A DNA stretch of 64,000 bases from an uncultured Methanosarcinaceae archaeon (lineage in GTDB: Archaea; Halobacteriota; Methanosarcinia; Methanosarcinales; Methanosarcinaceae), in NCBI GenBank assembly GCA_963847185.1, contig CAWJYV010000007.1, positions 800,001 through 864,000 of the forward strand, given 5' to 3'. This document shows positions 52,699 through 63,542 of this stretch, piece after piece. Below the pieces are notes generated by a model. It saw nothing but the letters and a program-made list of their open reading frames with translations, had not been told where the DNA came from and ran no database searches. Every line of letters begins with the position of its first letter. Within the stretch, counting starts at the first letter, position 1. Both the position numbers and the translations under genes were made by a program.

Positions 52699-53562
52699 TC
52701 ACTTACTTTTTACAATAATATAATTAGACATTGTTTTAGTATTATTTCCGGCAGCGTTGCCTACTGTTAAGCTGACAGTGTAATTTCCGGCTTTAGTGTA
52801 TTTGTGTACTGGGTTCATCTGTACTGAAGAAGTGTTATCCCCAAAATTCCATTTCCATGAAGTGTGAACGCCTGTGCTCTTGTCAGTAAACTGAACCTTC
52901 AGAGGTGCCTTCCCAGCTTTCGGATATGCATTAAAATTAGCAACCGGAGCTTTCAAAGCATTGACAACAATATAGTTAGACTTTGTTATAGTATTATTTC
53001 CGGCAGCATTACCTACGGTTAAGCTCACAGTGTAGTTTCCGGCTTTAGTATACTTGTGTACAGGGTTCTTTTCTTTTGAATAGGTCCCGTCTCCAAAGCT
53101 CCATTTCCAGGAAGTGTGAATGCCTGTGCTTTTGTCAGTAAACGCTACTTTCAGGGGTGCATATCCTGATGTCGGGCGTGCGGAAAAAGCAGCAACCGGA
53201 GCTTTCAGAGCATTAACAACAATATAGTTGGATTTTGTTTTAGTATTGTTTCCGGCAGCGTTCTTTACAGTTAAACTGACAGTGTAATTTCCGGCTTTAG
53301 TGTATTTGTGTACAGGATTTTTAGATGTTGAATAGGTTCCATCTCCAAAACTCCATTTATATGAATTATGAAGTCCTGTACTTTTGTCAGAAAACGCTAC
53401 CTTCAAGGGTGCGTACCCTGAGGTTGAATGTGCAGAAAAAGCAGCAACAGGTGCCTTTAAAAGAACTTTTGCATTTGAATTGTTCTGTGGGGCTGCAAGT
53501 GCAGTCGCAGACAATAAAATCATGCTAATTAATATAATGAAGATTTTCTGTTTTATATTCAT
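52699..53562 (-). CDS. Secreted protein with three PKD repeats
   Basis: Signal peptide; 3x APVAxF...WxFGD...NPVHKYTKAGNYTVSLTV. Confidence 0.92.
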   Translation of the reverse strand: MNIKQKIFIILISMILLSATALAAPQNNSNAKVLLKAPVAAFSAHSTSGYAPLKVAFSDKSTGLHNSYKWSFGDGTYSTSKNPVHKYTKAGNYTVSLTVKNAAGNNTKTKSNYIVVNALKAPVAAFSARPTSGYAPLKVAFTDKSTGIHTSWKWSFGDGTYSKEKNPVHKYTKAGNYTVSLTVGNAAGNNTITKSNYIVVNALKAPVANFNAYPKAGKAPLKVQFTDKSTGVHTSWKWNFGDNTSSVQMNPVHKYTKAGNYTVSLTVGNAAGNNTKTMSNYIIVKSK

Positions 53563-54093
53563 TTAATATCCTCCAAATTCTCGTTTTTAAATAAGGTTTT
53601 TCCATAGCGTCCACTCAACCAAAATTCCCCAAAGCAATTAGATATTAAATCCAATTAGCACTGGCACTGAAAATATAATCTTTCAGATTAAACCCCCCGA
53701 TTTAATAGAGAGATATATTTTCATATTATTGAGCGGATTTTACATATTTTTTAACAAACAGTTAAAACTTATAAATTCTGTTCTGTGCTTTTATGTACAT
53801 TCAACTTTTCCAAATATAGGTAGCAATCAATGTGTTTTCATCTCAAAACGCCTGAAAATTGCCCCCTGTACTTATATGAAAAAACAAAAATGTACATAAA
53901 GAGATAAGGTCTACTTTTATAAAAATATTTCTCCGTGATAGCTAAGAAACAGCTGATTTATGGGACTTCTTAAAAATAGTTGTTTTTCACCCTAACGTCT
54001 GCATGCTATCTGTTTTCTATATTGATTTATATATATTAGAAATATGGGAAATTTATGAAAAATTTGAAAGTAATAGAGAATAAAAATAGCATT

Positions 54094-54750
54094 TCATTCA
54101 ATTTCTGCTACTTTCTTTTTTGACGCTTTAAATGCTTCTTTTGCCCTTGATTCTGTAAGGCCGGCTCCCATTGCAATTTTAAGAGCTGTTTCGTCGGTAA
54201 TCAGGTTTTCAGGGGCATGGGTATCGGTATCCAGCACAAGAGTTGCTCCTATTTCGAGGGCAAGCCTTGCAACATGGCCATTTGTCCTGTTGTGGCCGTT
54301 TCTGGCGGTGATTTCAAGAAAAACGTTGTTATTCGCTGCTGTCTGGACGTCTTCCGGAGATATAAGGCCAGGATGGGCAAGAATATCCACATATTCACAG
54401 GCAACAGATGCTGCATTTGTTCCTGGGGCGACGGGCTCTGAAATGGTTTCCCCATGCACGACAACAATTTCTGCGCCCAGTTCTTTTGCTTTCTTTGCCA
54501 GGGGAGCGATCTTTCTTGGGGGCACATGTGTCAGTTCGACGCCAGCCAGAACACGGATGTCCCATTCTTTTTCAAGGTATTTTGCTTTCTTTGCAGCATC
54601 AAGGAGCTGTTCGAGATTTGTGTAATCAGCATGGTCTGTAAGTGCAATAGCTTCATAGCCGTGGATAACTGCCCGTCTGACAAGTTCGCTTGGAAGCAGC
54701 TCCCCGTCACTGAAAATTGTGTGAGTGTGAAGGTCAATCAACCGGATCAC
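54094..54750 (-). CDS. PHP-family phosphoesterase (histidinol-phosphatase-like)
   Basis: DLHTHT, TDH, HGET, AHPG, DTH. Confidence 0.9.
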   Translation of the reverse strand: MIRLIDLHTHTIFSDGELLPSELVRRAVIHGYEAIALTDHADYTNLEQLLDAAKKAKYLEKEWDIRVLAGVELTHVPPRKIAPLAKKAKELGAEIVVVHGETISEPVAPGTNAASVACEYVDILAHPGLISPEDVQTAANNNVFLEITARNGHNRTNGHVARLALEIGATLVLDTDTHAPENLITDETALKIAMGAGLTESRAKEAFKASKKKVAEIE

Positions 54751-54952
54751 CGTGTTTGAAAATCGTTTTAAACTCTTTCTTTTTACTGGTCTTTTTCACT
54801 GGTCGTTTTTGACTGCATGGCTTTTTCTTTATTAATCAATATTTCTATTGATGAATTATATATTGAATTGCTTAAATATATAGATTTCTTTACTGAAACT
54901 ATAGTTGTTAATTGGCTTAATTATCTGGATTTTTTGATTAAAGTTACAGACT

Positions 54953-55744
54953 TTACTCGGGCTGCTCGGATTTTCCAAGCCTTTCCGCAACTTCCGCAAA
55001 AGCGAAATTCGGCTTGACATCATCTATTCTGATCCTGACCTTTTCTCCGACCTCAACTTCCCTTACGAAAACAACGAAACCTTCAATAAGTATGGCTCCA
55101 TCCCCGCTTGAACCCAGTTTCTCTATATCTACAACGAATTCGTCTCCTTTGCGGAGGGGAGCTGTAAGGAACTTCTTTCCTATAACATAGATTTCTGCGC
55201 TCTGGGCTCTTGATGCCTTAGGAGAATAGGCTGCTGTTCGAACGAAATTTTCCCTGACTTTTTCCATGTAGTCGTTAAACATGTCTCCCTGGAAGACTTT
55301 TACAACAAAGTTTCCATTTGGTTTGAGAATCTTTCTGGAACATTCAAGTGCAGAGGTCGCAAGCTCAATTGAGCGTGCATGGTCATAAGACCAGTTACCT
55401 GACAGGTTGGGGGCTGCATCACAGAGCACCACATCAGCTCCTTTTGACCCCACGATCTGGATAATCTTCTTTATCGTAGAATCTGCGTTTATATCACCCT
55501 GGATAGTTTCGACTCCCTGAATTGGATCGATTCTCTGTAAATCCACGCCAAGGATTTTTCCCCCGGACAGTTCCTTTGCGACCTGCAGCCAGCCGCCAGG
55601 AGCTGCGCCTAAATCCACAACCGAGTCTCCACGTTTGATAATTTTGTGTTTTTCGTTGATCTGTTTGAGTTTGAAGGAAGCCCTGGAACGGTACCCTTCC
55701 TCTTTTGCCTGATGATAATAATAGTCTCTTCTGTCTCTTGCCAT
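54953..55744 (-). CDS. rlmE: 23S rRNA Um2552 2'-O-methyltransferase with C-terminal TRAM domain
   Basis: GYRSRASFKL, DLGAAPGGW, CDAAPNLSG, SAEIY; TRAM domain. Confidence 0.96.
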   Translation of the reverse strand: MARDRRDYYYHQAKEEGYRSRASFKLKQINEKHKIIKRGDSVVDLGAAPGGWLQVAKELSGGKILGVDLQRIDPIQGVETIQGDINADSTIKKIIQIVGSKGADVVLCDAAPNLSGNWSYDHARSIELATSALECSRKILKPNGNFVVKVFQGDMFNDYMEKVRENFVRTAAYSPKASRAQSAEIYVIGKKFLTAPLRKGDEFVVDIEKLGSSGDGAILIEGFVVFVREVEVGEKVRIRIDDVKPNFAFAEVAERLGKSEQPE

Positions 55745-55835
55745 TGCTACCTTCCCTGACCTGAAAGATGATATAGATTGCGCAAAAATAGTCTCATTTC
55801 GAGTCTTAATTTTTTGTCAATAAGCCACTGAATCT

Positions 55836-56561
55836 CTATACTTCAATATGAACATTCTTACTCTTATGTTCGTCTATACTGAACAAAATCACAGGGCAAA
55901 TTAACACAACTACAGTAACCCATAATGCTTTAACTCCAATAAACGACGTAAGCAACCCTCCCAGAATAGCTCCTGCTAGAAATGAGAGGTTAACCATAGA
56001 GAATCGGACTGCTTGCAAAGCCGATTCGCTGTCTTTTTTTGTGACAGCATTATAAACTTCGTGTATAGCTGACCGTAAATTTCCGGTGATCATAGTTGTA
56101 TTATATGGGGACCCGACAAGTTTGCGAAATGAAGAGACCTGGACTGCAGAGACAAATGAAATTGCAACAGTTACAATGATATTCGGGCTCGTATAGGGTA
56201 TAAAGCCTACAATAAAAAGGACTGCAATTTCAAGGATTAAAACTGCCCTTTCGGAATCCGGAATGAACAGGTGCATTGAGGGTTTTTTAATCATCTCGGC
56301 AACTAATACTCCGGCGACAAATGCCAGAATCGGAACTGCGTGAAGCACTGCTTGCCCCCATTCTCCTGTTGCAGCTTCTATGCCCATGAGTACGACATTT
56401 CCTGTCTGGGCATTGGCGAAAACCCCGCCTCTCCCTACGAACGTATAGGCATCCAGGAATCCTCCTACAATTGCAAGGAGTATTCCAAGCTCTACAGATT
56501 CGGAGGTTAATTTTTTAAAATGGATTTTATTTTCATTTTTCAACATTGATATCTTTGTCAT
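55836..56561 (-). CDS. YoaK/DUF1275 family membrane protein
   Basis: GGFLDAYTF...FANAQTGN, TTMITGNL. Confidence 0.9.
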   Translation of the reverse strand: MTKISMLKNENKIHFKKLTSESVELGILLAIVGGFLDAYTFVGRGGVFANAQTGNVVLMGIEAATGEWGQAVLHAVPILAFVAGVLVAEMIKKPSMHLFIPDSERAVLILEIAVLFIVGFIPYTSPNIIVTVAISFVSAVQVSSFRKLVGSPYNTTMITGNLRSAIHEVYNAVTKKDSESALQAVRFSMVNLSFLAGAILGGLLTSFIGVKALWVTVVVLICPVILFSIDEHKSKNVHIEV

Positions 56562-56848
56562 TCAAAATTCCAGAAATATATTTGAATCATAATTAAATCT
56601 ATTTAAATAGTAACAAGCCTGCCTCCTTATTATATTTAAGAGTATTTATATAATATATGAGAATTTCTTAAGTTATCTCAAAGTTAAAAGGCAGTGTGTG
56701 GATTTTTCTGTAAAACTACAAGTCTTAAAAAGTTGCTGAGTAGAAAATTCCATCTCGGAAGGTCAATTACTCTCATCATATACAAAAAATTGACTTCAAA
56801 TTTACAGCAAATTCAAATTAATTTTTTTCAGTAATCTAGCTAAATTCT

Positions 56849-57037
56849 TCATGACCAATTATCAACTTTAAAAGTGATCCAACAGACAATAAGCCCAAGA
56901 AGAAAAGATATCATAATTGAAAGCTTGATTGACATATAGTCATTTACTACATTTCTAGCCACAACTTCGCTAAGCACGAGCATAGCAATAACCAGAAAAA
57001 TTGAAATTAAAGCACTTAATATCCGTCGTCTTTCCAT
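56849..57037 (-). CDS. Small two-TM membrane protein
   Basis: GGTGA RBS before ATG 57037; two hydrophobic helices. Confidence 0.5.
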   Translation of the reverse strand: MERRRILSALISIFLVIAMLVLSEVVARNVVNDYMSIKLSIMISFLLGLIVCWITFKVDNWS

Positions 57038-57086
57038 GTTATCACCAAATAAAAGCTGCTGATTTTTAATCAGCCAATACTCAAAA

Positions 57087-57213
57087 GAGCCTATCTGAAA
57101 AGTCAATAGTGATATGTTGTAGAAGTTACCAAGGATTTAGGGTATCAGTGTCATTCCAGTTACGCATCTCTAATTGGAAATACACCAGCTCACAACAATT
57201 TTCAGATAGGCTC
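57087..57213. mobile_element. MITE (127 bp)
   Basis: Perfect 15-bp TIR GAGCCTATCTGAAAA / TTTTCAGATAGGCTC, no ORF. Confidence 0.75.
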
Positions 57214-57245
57214 TATGTCACCAATAATCCGGTTATCTAAGCCCG

Positions 57246-58163
57246 TTATCCTTTTTTCTTGAGCTTCCATCCGCCATACAGACATATCAAGCCACTTAAT
57301 ATTCCGAAACCTGGAATAGAGTTATTTTTGCTTGATTTATCCTCATTCTCAGATTTAGAATCATTAATGCTTGAATTATTGAGTATCCCATTATTCTCTT
57401 CTTCAGTTGTCGAGGAGTTTGCGGGTTCTTCAACTCTTATATTTTCAGTTGAATTAGAGCTTGCCCTTATATTTAGACCACTCATATTGGAATCTATAAA
57501 AGTTCCAATGGCAACTCCAGTAGGGTGATATATAGTATATTTTCCTGCATTCACAGTCGCTGTAACAGTGTTTGTAGCTGCGTCAATTACAGATACATTG
57601 TCACTTCCGGCGTTTGTCACATATACCTTTTTTCCATCCGGAGTGACTGCGATTCCCAAAGGAGTAGTTCCTACAGGCACGGTGGCTGTAACAGTGTTTG
57701 TAACTGTGTCAATTACAGAAACATTATTGCTGCGAGAGTTTGCAACATATACCTTTTTCCCATTTGCAGAAACTGCAACATCATAAGGATTCTCTCCTAC
57801 AGGCACTGTGGCTACAACATTGTTAGCTGCCGTGTCAATTACAGAAACATTGTTACTGCCTGAATTAGTCACGTACACTTTATTTCCATCAGGAGTGAAT
57901 ACAATCTCGCCAGGACTGTCACCTACAGACACAGTAGCTAAAACTTTGTTTGTAGTCAGGTCAATTACAGAAGTAGTGTTATTGAAACTGTTTGTGGCAT
58001 AGATCTTTTTTCCATCTGGTGTGACTGCAACGTCATGAGAAATCATTCCCACGTTAATCGGAGCCATTACAGTGTTTATGGATGCGCCTATTACCGTGTT
58101 AATTACAGAAATATTGGTGCTGTCACGATCTGTCACATAAACCCTTGATCCTTTTGGATTAAA
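57246..58163 (-). pseudogene. 5'-truncated YVTN beta-propeller surface protein with PGF-CTERM
   Basis: Begins mid-repeat (FNPKGSRVYVTD), no signal peptide, in-frame TAA upstream without ATG; IPGFG + TM + KKK end. Confidence 0.65.
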
Positions 58164-58580
58164 AAGTTTTGAAATAAAAAAGCGGTATACAAGAGGAAAT
58201 AGTTTCAGGATTAAAGCTTTTTACTATCAGGTCATTACTATCTTGATTTTGAATATATATAAAAAATAATGAGGATTTCGACATACCTCATTTTTTGGCT
58301 GGCCATTCTAAATACATACGACCGTTGGAAGGGTTTGGGAATGAGAAAAGAACTCGAATTAATTAAAAGAATATGTCTTACTTTATTCTCCCCGTCTCTT
58401 GTAATGAGTTTTTAAGAGTGATGTGCTTGAGTGAATAAAGTCCAGAGTATCTTAATCCATTTCTAAAGGAAGAGTTTGATGGTAGCGGTACTGAAGCCAT
58501 CAAAACTGGAATAAACAAATTCATCTGTACATTACATGTTTATCAGCCATTTTGGAATTTTAAAGAAAAATCCCCTGTAC

Positions 58581-59621
58581 TCAAAATAAATATCTTCTGG
58601 AGCTTAATACAGTTCTGAGGATCTCTTCTCCACCTGTTTTTTCGACCTTGATATCTGACGGCTTTTCAATTACTTCAAGGTTGAGGGGCAGACGCTTCTG
58701 GATTTCCTTTAAAAGCTGAGGGTCTCCGCTCATAATAATGCAGTCAATAGGGGAATTTTCTTCGAGAACTTTATCCAGGGTTTCAAAAACCTTGTTCATA
58801 TGATGTGCAATATCTTCTTCCCTGAGGCGTTCGAACCTGCGCTGACTGAAACCGCCTTTGCTATGCTTTTCTTTAACACTGCTGCGGACAAGTTCCTCAG
58901 TGTCAAAAACCCGCGCATCGGGAGCAAAACCTATGAAGGATTCGCCTGCATGCAGGACAAGAACAAGCATGCGGTAGTCTTTGTTCAAAATCTCTTCCAG
59001 GGAAGAAGTCCCAAATCTATCGCCAAGTTGCCAGGATGAAGACGGGATTGGAAAAGGAGGAACTAAGGCTTCACAGATCATATAATGAAGGTCATAGAAA
59101 AGTACAAAGCCGGTTTCAGGGTCAAGCCTTTCCAAAAGAGTTAAAGTCTCCTGTTCTATCCTTACAAGAGTTTTTTCGTTAAGTACATCAGAAAGGAGGG
59201 AACCGGGTGGAAGGTAAGCAGTAAGAAGATCCTCTACAGGAGAGCAAAAGGAATTGAGTTTAGAAAGGTAAGCCTGGACAGCAGAAGGACTAAGGTTTTC
59301 GATCTTTCGAAATTCCAATCTGTCCTGGGACTCAACCCTTATTGCTTCAAGCTCATGGGAAAGGGTCCGGGTTCGAACAATTTCCTGATTTAAACGGGAT
59401 TCGGCTTCCTGTCTGCCTGCAACTGCCTGCCTTGCAAGAGTCTCTTTCTTTTCCAACTGGGTTTTTGCATTTTGCAGGTCGTTTTCAAGTTTTGCTACCT
59501 GAGAGTTGAGCCTGTCAATTTCAAGCTCAAGCTGCCCTTTTCCTGAAATTTTTCCGATCAGTGTGCCCAAACCAGTTTTTGTCTCTTTAGCAGTTTCTTC
59601 TTTTACTTTTTTATTGGTCAT
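58581..59621 (-). CDS. VLRF1/Vms1-like release-factor family peptidyl-tRNA hydrolase
   Basis: RSSVKEKHSKGGFSQRRFER catalytic loop; N-terminal coiled coil. Confidence 0.82.
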   Translation of the reverse strand: MTNKKVKEETAKETKTGLGTLIGKISGKGQLELEIDRLNSQVAKLENDLQNAKTQLEKKETLARQAVAGRQEAESRLNQEIVRTRTLSHELEAIRVESQDRLEFRKIENLSPSAVQAYLSKLNSFCSPVEDLLTAYLPPGSLLSDVLNEKTLVRIEQETLTLLERLDPETGFVLFYDLHYMICEALVPPFPIPSSSWQLGDRFGTSSLEEILNKDYRMLVLVLHAGESFIGFAPDARVFDTEELVRSSVKEKHSKGGFSQRRFERLREEDIAHHMNKVFETLDKVLEENSPIDCIIMSGDPQLLKEIQKRLPLNLEVIEKPSDIKVEKTGGEEILRTVLSSRRYLF

Positions 59622-59977
59622 TTCCCTTACTTTCCTGTTCTTCCTGTTTCTAATCTTTCCTTGAGTTTCTAATCTTTCCCTTGAGTTTCTAATCTTTCTC
59701 TTGCTTTTATTTAGACTTATTGTACTCTTTAAAACTTATTATACTCTCTAAGCCTTATTATACTCTCAATTGAAATTTGGATCATACCTATGCACTTCCT
59801 AATAAAAAATACTTCTTTTGTCAGTACTGATCCTCGTATTTCGAAAGTTTTAATAATATCATATTTAATGTCACTTTGCTTCAGGAGTTATTTCTAAAAA
59901 GCAAACTATTTTCCATACATACTAAGTTTTTATAGAGCAGACAGATAAGATATCAGATAGATCATTCCGGTGCTTAA

Positions 59978-61333
59978 ATGAAAATCCCATTGAAAGATTC
60001 TAAAAGCCAGACAGACCAAAAGGATTCGAATAAGAAAAATTCCGATGAGAAAAAGCCGGATAAAGCAAATAAAGTAGATGAAGCAGACAGACAAAATCCC
60101 GCCAGATCCAGAGCAGAAAAGTTCCACCCCACGCTCTGGATTGAAGGACAGAGGAGCTCTTCTCTTGCCGAGAAAACTATAGTTCTTGGCGTTACAGGAA
60201 GTATTGGGGCAGTCAGGGTAGTCGAACTTGCCAGGGAATTGATCCGGAATGGGGCTGAAGTTCATGCGGTTATGACGGATGCTGCAAAGCATATCCTGCA
60301 TCCTGATGCCCTTCATTACGCCACAGGAAACCCTGTAATTACCGAACTTGGAGGCAGGGTTGAACATGTGGAGTTCTGCGGGCTCAAAGGCAGGGCCGAC
60401 CTTCTTTTAATAGCCCCTGCAACAGCAAACACCATAGGAAAAATAGCTTACGGGATCGACGATACAACAGTTACTTCCTTTGCGACAACAGCCCTTGGCT
60501 CAGGTTTACCTTTGATGGTTGTTCCTGCAATGCACGAGTCAATGTTCAGGCATCCGGCTGTCGTTGAAAATCTGGCAAAACTGAAATGCTGGGGAGTCTC
60601 TGTCGTAGGGCCCAAACTTGAAGAAGGTGTCGCAAAAATAGCATCAAATGAAGAAATAGTGCTTGAGGTAGAAAGGGTTCTTGGAAAAAAGAGCCTTGAA
60701 AAAAGAAAGGTAATTATTACAAGCGGCTCTACAGCTGAAAGTCTTGACCCTATCCGCATCCTTACAAACCGCGCTTCAGGAAAGACAGGCAGAGAGCTTG
60801 CCCTTGAAGCTTACCGCAGTGGAGCTGATGTAACCCTTGTACACAGGGACAGACTTGGGTTTTCGGGAATTAAGGAAATTTTTGCAGAAAGCGCCGCTGA
60901 AATGACTGATGCCGTGCTTTCCGAACTTGATAAAGGATACGATGTTCTTATAAGTTCTGCAGCAATTGCAGACTATACAGCTGAGCCTTCTCCTGAAAAG
61001 ATCAAATCTGGAGGAGAACTTGTATTAAAACTGAAACAGACCCGCAAACTGATAAAAGAATGCCGTGAGAAATATCCTGGCCTTGTGATCGTTGGTTTTA
61101 AGGCCGAAACCGGGGTTGAAATAAACGAACTCCTCAGGAGAGCAGCCGCAACCCTTGAAGGTTCGAAGCTGGACCTTATTGCAGCAAATGACGTCGGAAA
61201 AGGAGGAATGGGCACAGAAAAAAATGAGCTCTACCTGCTAGGAAGGAAAAGAAGTGAACCCAGGCTTGTAAGCGGGAACAAACGCAAACTGGCAGCCTGT
61301 ATTCTTGAAGAGGTTTCCGGCCTTTTAAAATGA
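59978..61333 (+). CDS. coaBC: Phosphopantothenoylcysteine decarboxylase/ligase
   Basis: GVTGSIGA, APATANTIGK, PAMHESM, DPIRILTNRASG, GFKAET. Confidence 0.96.
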   Translation: MKIPLKDSKSQTDQKDSNKKNSDEKKPDKANKVDEADRQNPARSRAEKFHPTLWIEGQRSSSLAEKTIVLGVTGSIGAVRVVELARELIRNGAEVHAVMTDAAKHILHPDALHYATGNPVITELGGRVEHVEFCGLKGRADLLLIAPATANTIGKIAYGIDDTTVTSFATTALGSGLPLMVVPAMHESMFRHPAVVENLAKLKCWGVSVVGPKLEEGVAKIASNEEIVLEVERVLGKKSLEKRKVIITSGSTAESLDPIRILTNRASGKTGRELALEAYRSGADVTLVHRDRLGFSGIKEIFAESAAEMTDAVLSELDKGYDVLISSAAIADYTAEPSPEKIKSGGELVLKLKQTRKLIKECREKYPGLVIVGFKAETGVEINELLRRAAATLEGSKLDLIAANDVGKGGMGTEKNELYLLGRKRSEPRLVSGNKRKLAACILEEVSGLLK

Positions 61334-61396
61334 CAAAAATTCTACTTACAATCGTTCTCTTGAACTCGTCATATTATATGTATTGAGCTGTATTTA

Positions 61397-61523
61397 AGCT
61401 GAATATTCATCAGGGCTAAATATTTATCAAGGCCAGATCTGCATTCGAGACTGAATATTTATCAAGACTAATTTGATTCAAGGCTGATATTTATCAAGAT
61501 TAAATTTGATTCAAGGCTGAATA
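61397..61523. repeat. Degenerate tandem repeats upstream of pantoate kinase
   Basis: Repeated CTGAATATTTATCAAG / TTTGATTCAAGGCTGA units. Confidence 0.5.
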
Positions 61524-61616
61524 TACGTGTAAAGTATTCTGTGGAACATTTTACAAATCATTCTGCACAGGAACGAACTTTGAAAAAATGATTAATATTG
61601 TAAAAAGGCGTTTTCT

Positions 61617-62519
61617 ATGTATATATATGAGAATGGAGGAGCAGACTTTTTGGCAAAAGCTTATGCTCCGGGACATATCACAGGTTTTTTCCAGATTCAC
61701 GAGCATGAAGACCCTCATCGTAAGGGTTCTACAGGCTGCGGGATTGTTCTCAACGGAGGAGTTACCACCGAAGTAAAGGTTGGGGAAGCCGTAGAGGAGA
61801 CCGAGATCTTTCTTAATGGAAAGAAGGTTGAAGGTAGAACCAGTCGGACAGTTGTAGATATGATGACTGACCTGCCTGTGCGAGTCAGGAGCTGGTCAGA
61901 AATTCCGGTAGGATGCGGACTTGGAGCTTCAGGCGCTGGAGCACTTGGGACAGCTTATGCCCTGAATGGAGCTCTTTCTCTGAACAAGACCGTAAAAAGT
62001 CTTACTGAATATGCCCATGTGGCAGAAGTTGTCAACTGCAGCGGACTTGGAGATGTTGCTGGCCAGTCCAACGGAGGAGTAGTAATCCGGCTCCAGCCCG
62101 GAGGTCCGGAGTTCGGGCTTGTAGATAGGATTCCGGTTCCCGAAGCCAGGGTTTTTTGCATTGTACTTGGCGAGATCTCCACTGAGTCTGTCCTTAAAGA
62201 CAGGGCCGCAGCCGAGCGAATCAATGCCGCAGGAAAAGCTGCAATGGCCGAGCTGCTTAAAAAACCTACTCTTGAAAATTTCATGTACCAGGCAAAAGAG
62301 TTTGCCAGCAAAACCGACCTCATGAGCAGCAGGGCAAAAGATGTTATTGAAGCTGCAAATGCAAGTGGAGGAATGGCTTCTCAGGCAATGCTTGGAGATA
62401 CGGTTTTTGCAATTGCCCCCTCTTATCACGAATTTTCCCTTTTTGAAGTCCTTCAGGAATTCGGACAGGTGCTGGAATATAACATCGGTACCTGTGTACC
62501 TAAACTGATGTACGAGTAA
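61617..62519 (+). CDS. pok: Pantoate kinase (GHMP family)
   Basis: APGHITGFF, GSTGCG, PVGCGLGASGA, QAMLGDT; lies between coaBC and pps. Confidence 0.93.
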   Translation: MYIYENGGADFLAKAYAPGHITGFFQIHEHEDPHRKGSTGCGIVLNGGVTTEVKVGEAVEETEIFLNGKKVEGRTSRTVVDMMTDLPVRVRSWSEIPVGCGLGASGAGALGTAYALNGALSLNKTVKSLTEYAHVAEVVNCSGLGDVAGQSNGGVVIRLQPGGPEFGLVDRIPVPEARVFCIVLGEISTESVLKDRAAAERINAAGKAAMAELLKKPTLENFMYQAKEFASKTDLMSSRAKDVIEAANASGGMASQAMLGDTVFAIAPSYHEFSLFEVLQEFGQVLEYNIGTCVPKLMYE

Positions 62520-62697
62520 GCCTCAATATGAGATCTGTTTATTAGAAATCATGTGAGGAAACGTGGGTCTTAAGAAAATTTTCTTCTAAGGAAGATGTAT
62601 AACTAAAATATAATAAAATGAAAATATAATAGCAAAACAACTCTATTCATAAATGGATTAATTTATCATTTAACAATTAAGGTGGTAAGCGATACAC

Positions 62698-63459
62698 ATG
62701 ACCGAGATTCCAAAAGACCACCCAAGGTACCAGTCCCTGCTCGCCCGTGAAAAGGTTACAGCAGGGGTAAAAATGGGAATTACAAGCATTCAGGGATTGA
62801 TTGCACAGGGAAGAGGAGAAAGCTTTGATTACCTTATAGGTGAGAGAAGCACCGAATCCGCCCTTAATGCAGAAAGAGCTGCAGTTGCTGCGATTCTTCT
62901 GGCAGAGAACCCTGTGATTTCCGTAAACGGCAACGTCGCAGCCCTGGCTCCTGATAAAGTTGTATCTCTTTCGGACATTACAGGGGCTAAGATTGAGGTA
63001 AATCTCTTTCACAGGACTGAAGCACGGGTACACCTTATAATAGAACAGCTGAAAGCTAATGGAGCTTCTGAAGTTCTCGGGAAAAATCCTGATGCGACCC
63101 TTGAACTTTCTCACGCCAGGCGGCTTGTGGAAAGCAAAGGAATCTATTCCGCAGATGTAGTGCTCGTTCCCTTAGAAGATGGAGACCGCTGCGAAAAACT
63201 TGTAGAAATGGGCAAAACTGTTATCTCAATTGACCTTAATCCCCTGTCCAGAACTTCAAGAACTGCCACTATCTCTATTGTTGATGACCTTACGAGAGCT
63301 CTTGGAAACATGGTAAAGTTTGCGGGGGAAATGAAGAAAGAGAGAAAAGAGGAGCTCGTGAAGATTATTACTACTTATGATAATAAAAAAGCCCTCTCAG
63401 AAGCTATTTCCGAGATTATGGAGCACTTGAAGGTAATTTCTGCTGAAATGGAGTACTAA
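62698..63459 (+). CDS. pps: 4-phosphopantoate--beta-alanine ligase
   Basis: IPKDHPRYQSL, GRGESFDYLIGE, VPLEDGDR, IDLNPLSRT. Confidence 0.95.
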   Translation: MTEIPKDHPRYQSLLAREKVTAGVKMGITSIQGLIAQGRGESFDYLIGERSTESALNAERAAVAAILLAENPVISVNGNVAALAPDKVVSLSDITGAKIEVNLFHRTEARVHLIIEQLKANGASEVLGKNPDATLELSHARRLVESKGIYSADVVLVPLEDGDRCEKLVEMGKTVISIDLNPLSRTSRTATISIVDDLTRALGNMVKFAGEMKKERKEELVKIITTYDNKKALSEAISEIMEHLKVISAEMEY

Positions 63460-63503
63460 ACAGGAGATTAATGGAGTACTAAACAGAATTAATGGAGTAC
63501 TAA
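63447..63503. repeat. Triplicated AATGGAGTACTAAA at the 3' end of pps
   Basis: Three copies directly visible. Confidence 0.7.
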
Positions 63504-63542
63504 AATTAAAAAGTGCTAAATAGGATATAAATGGGATTTAAA

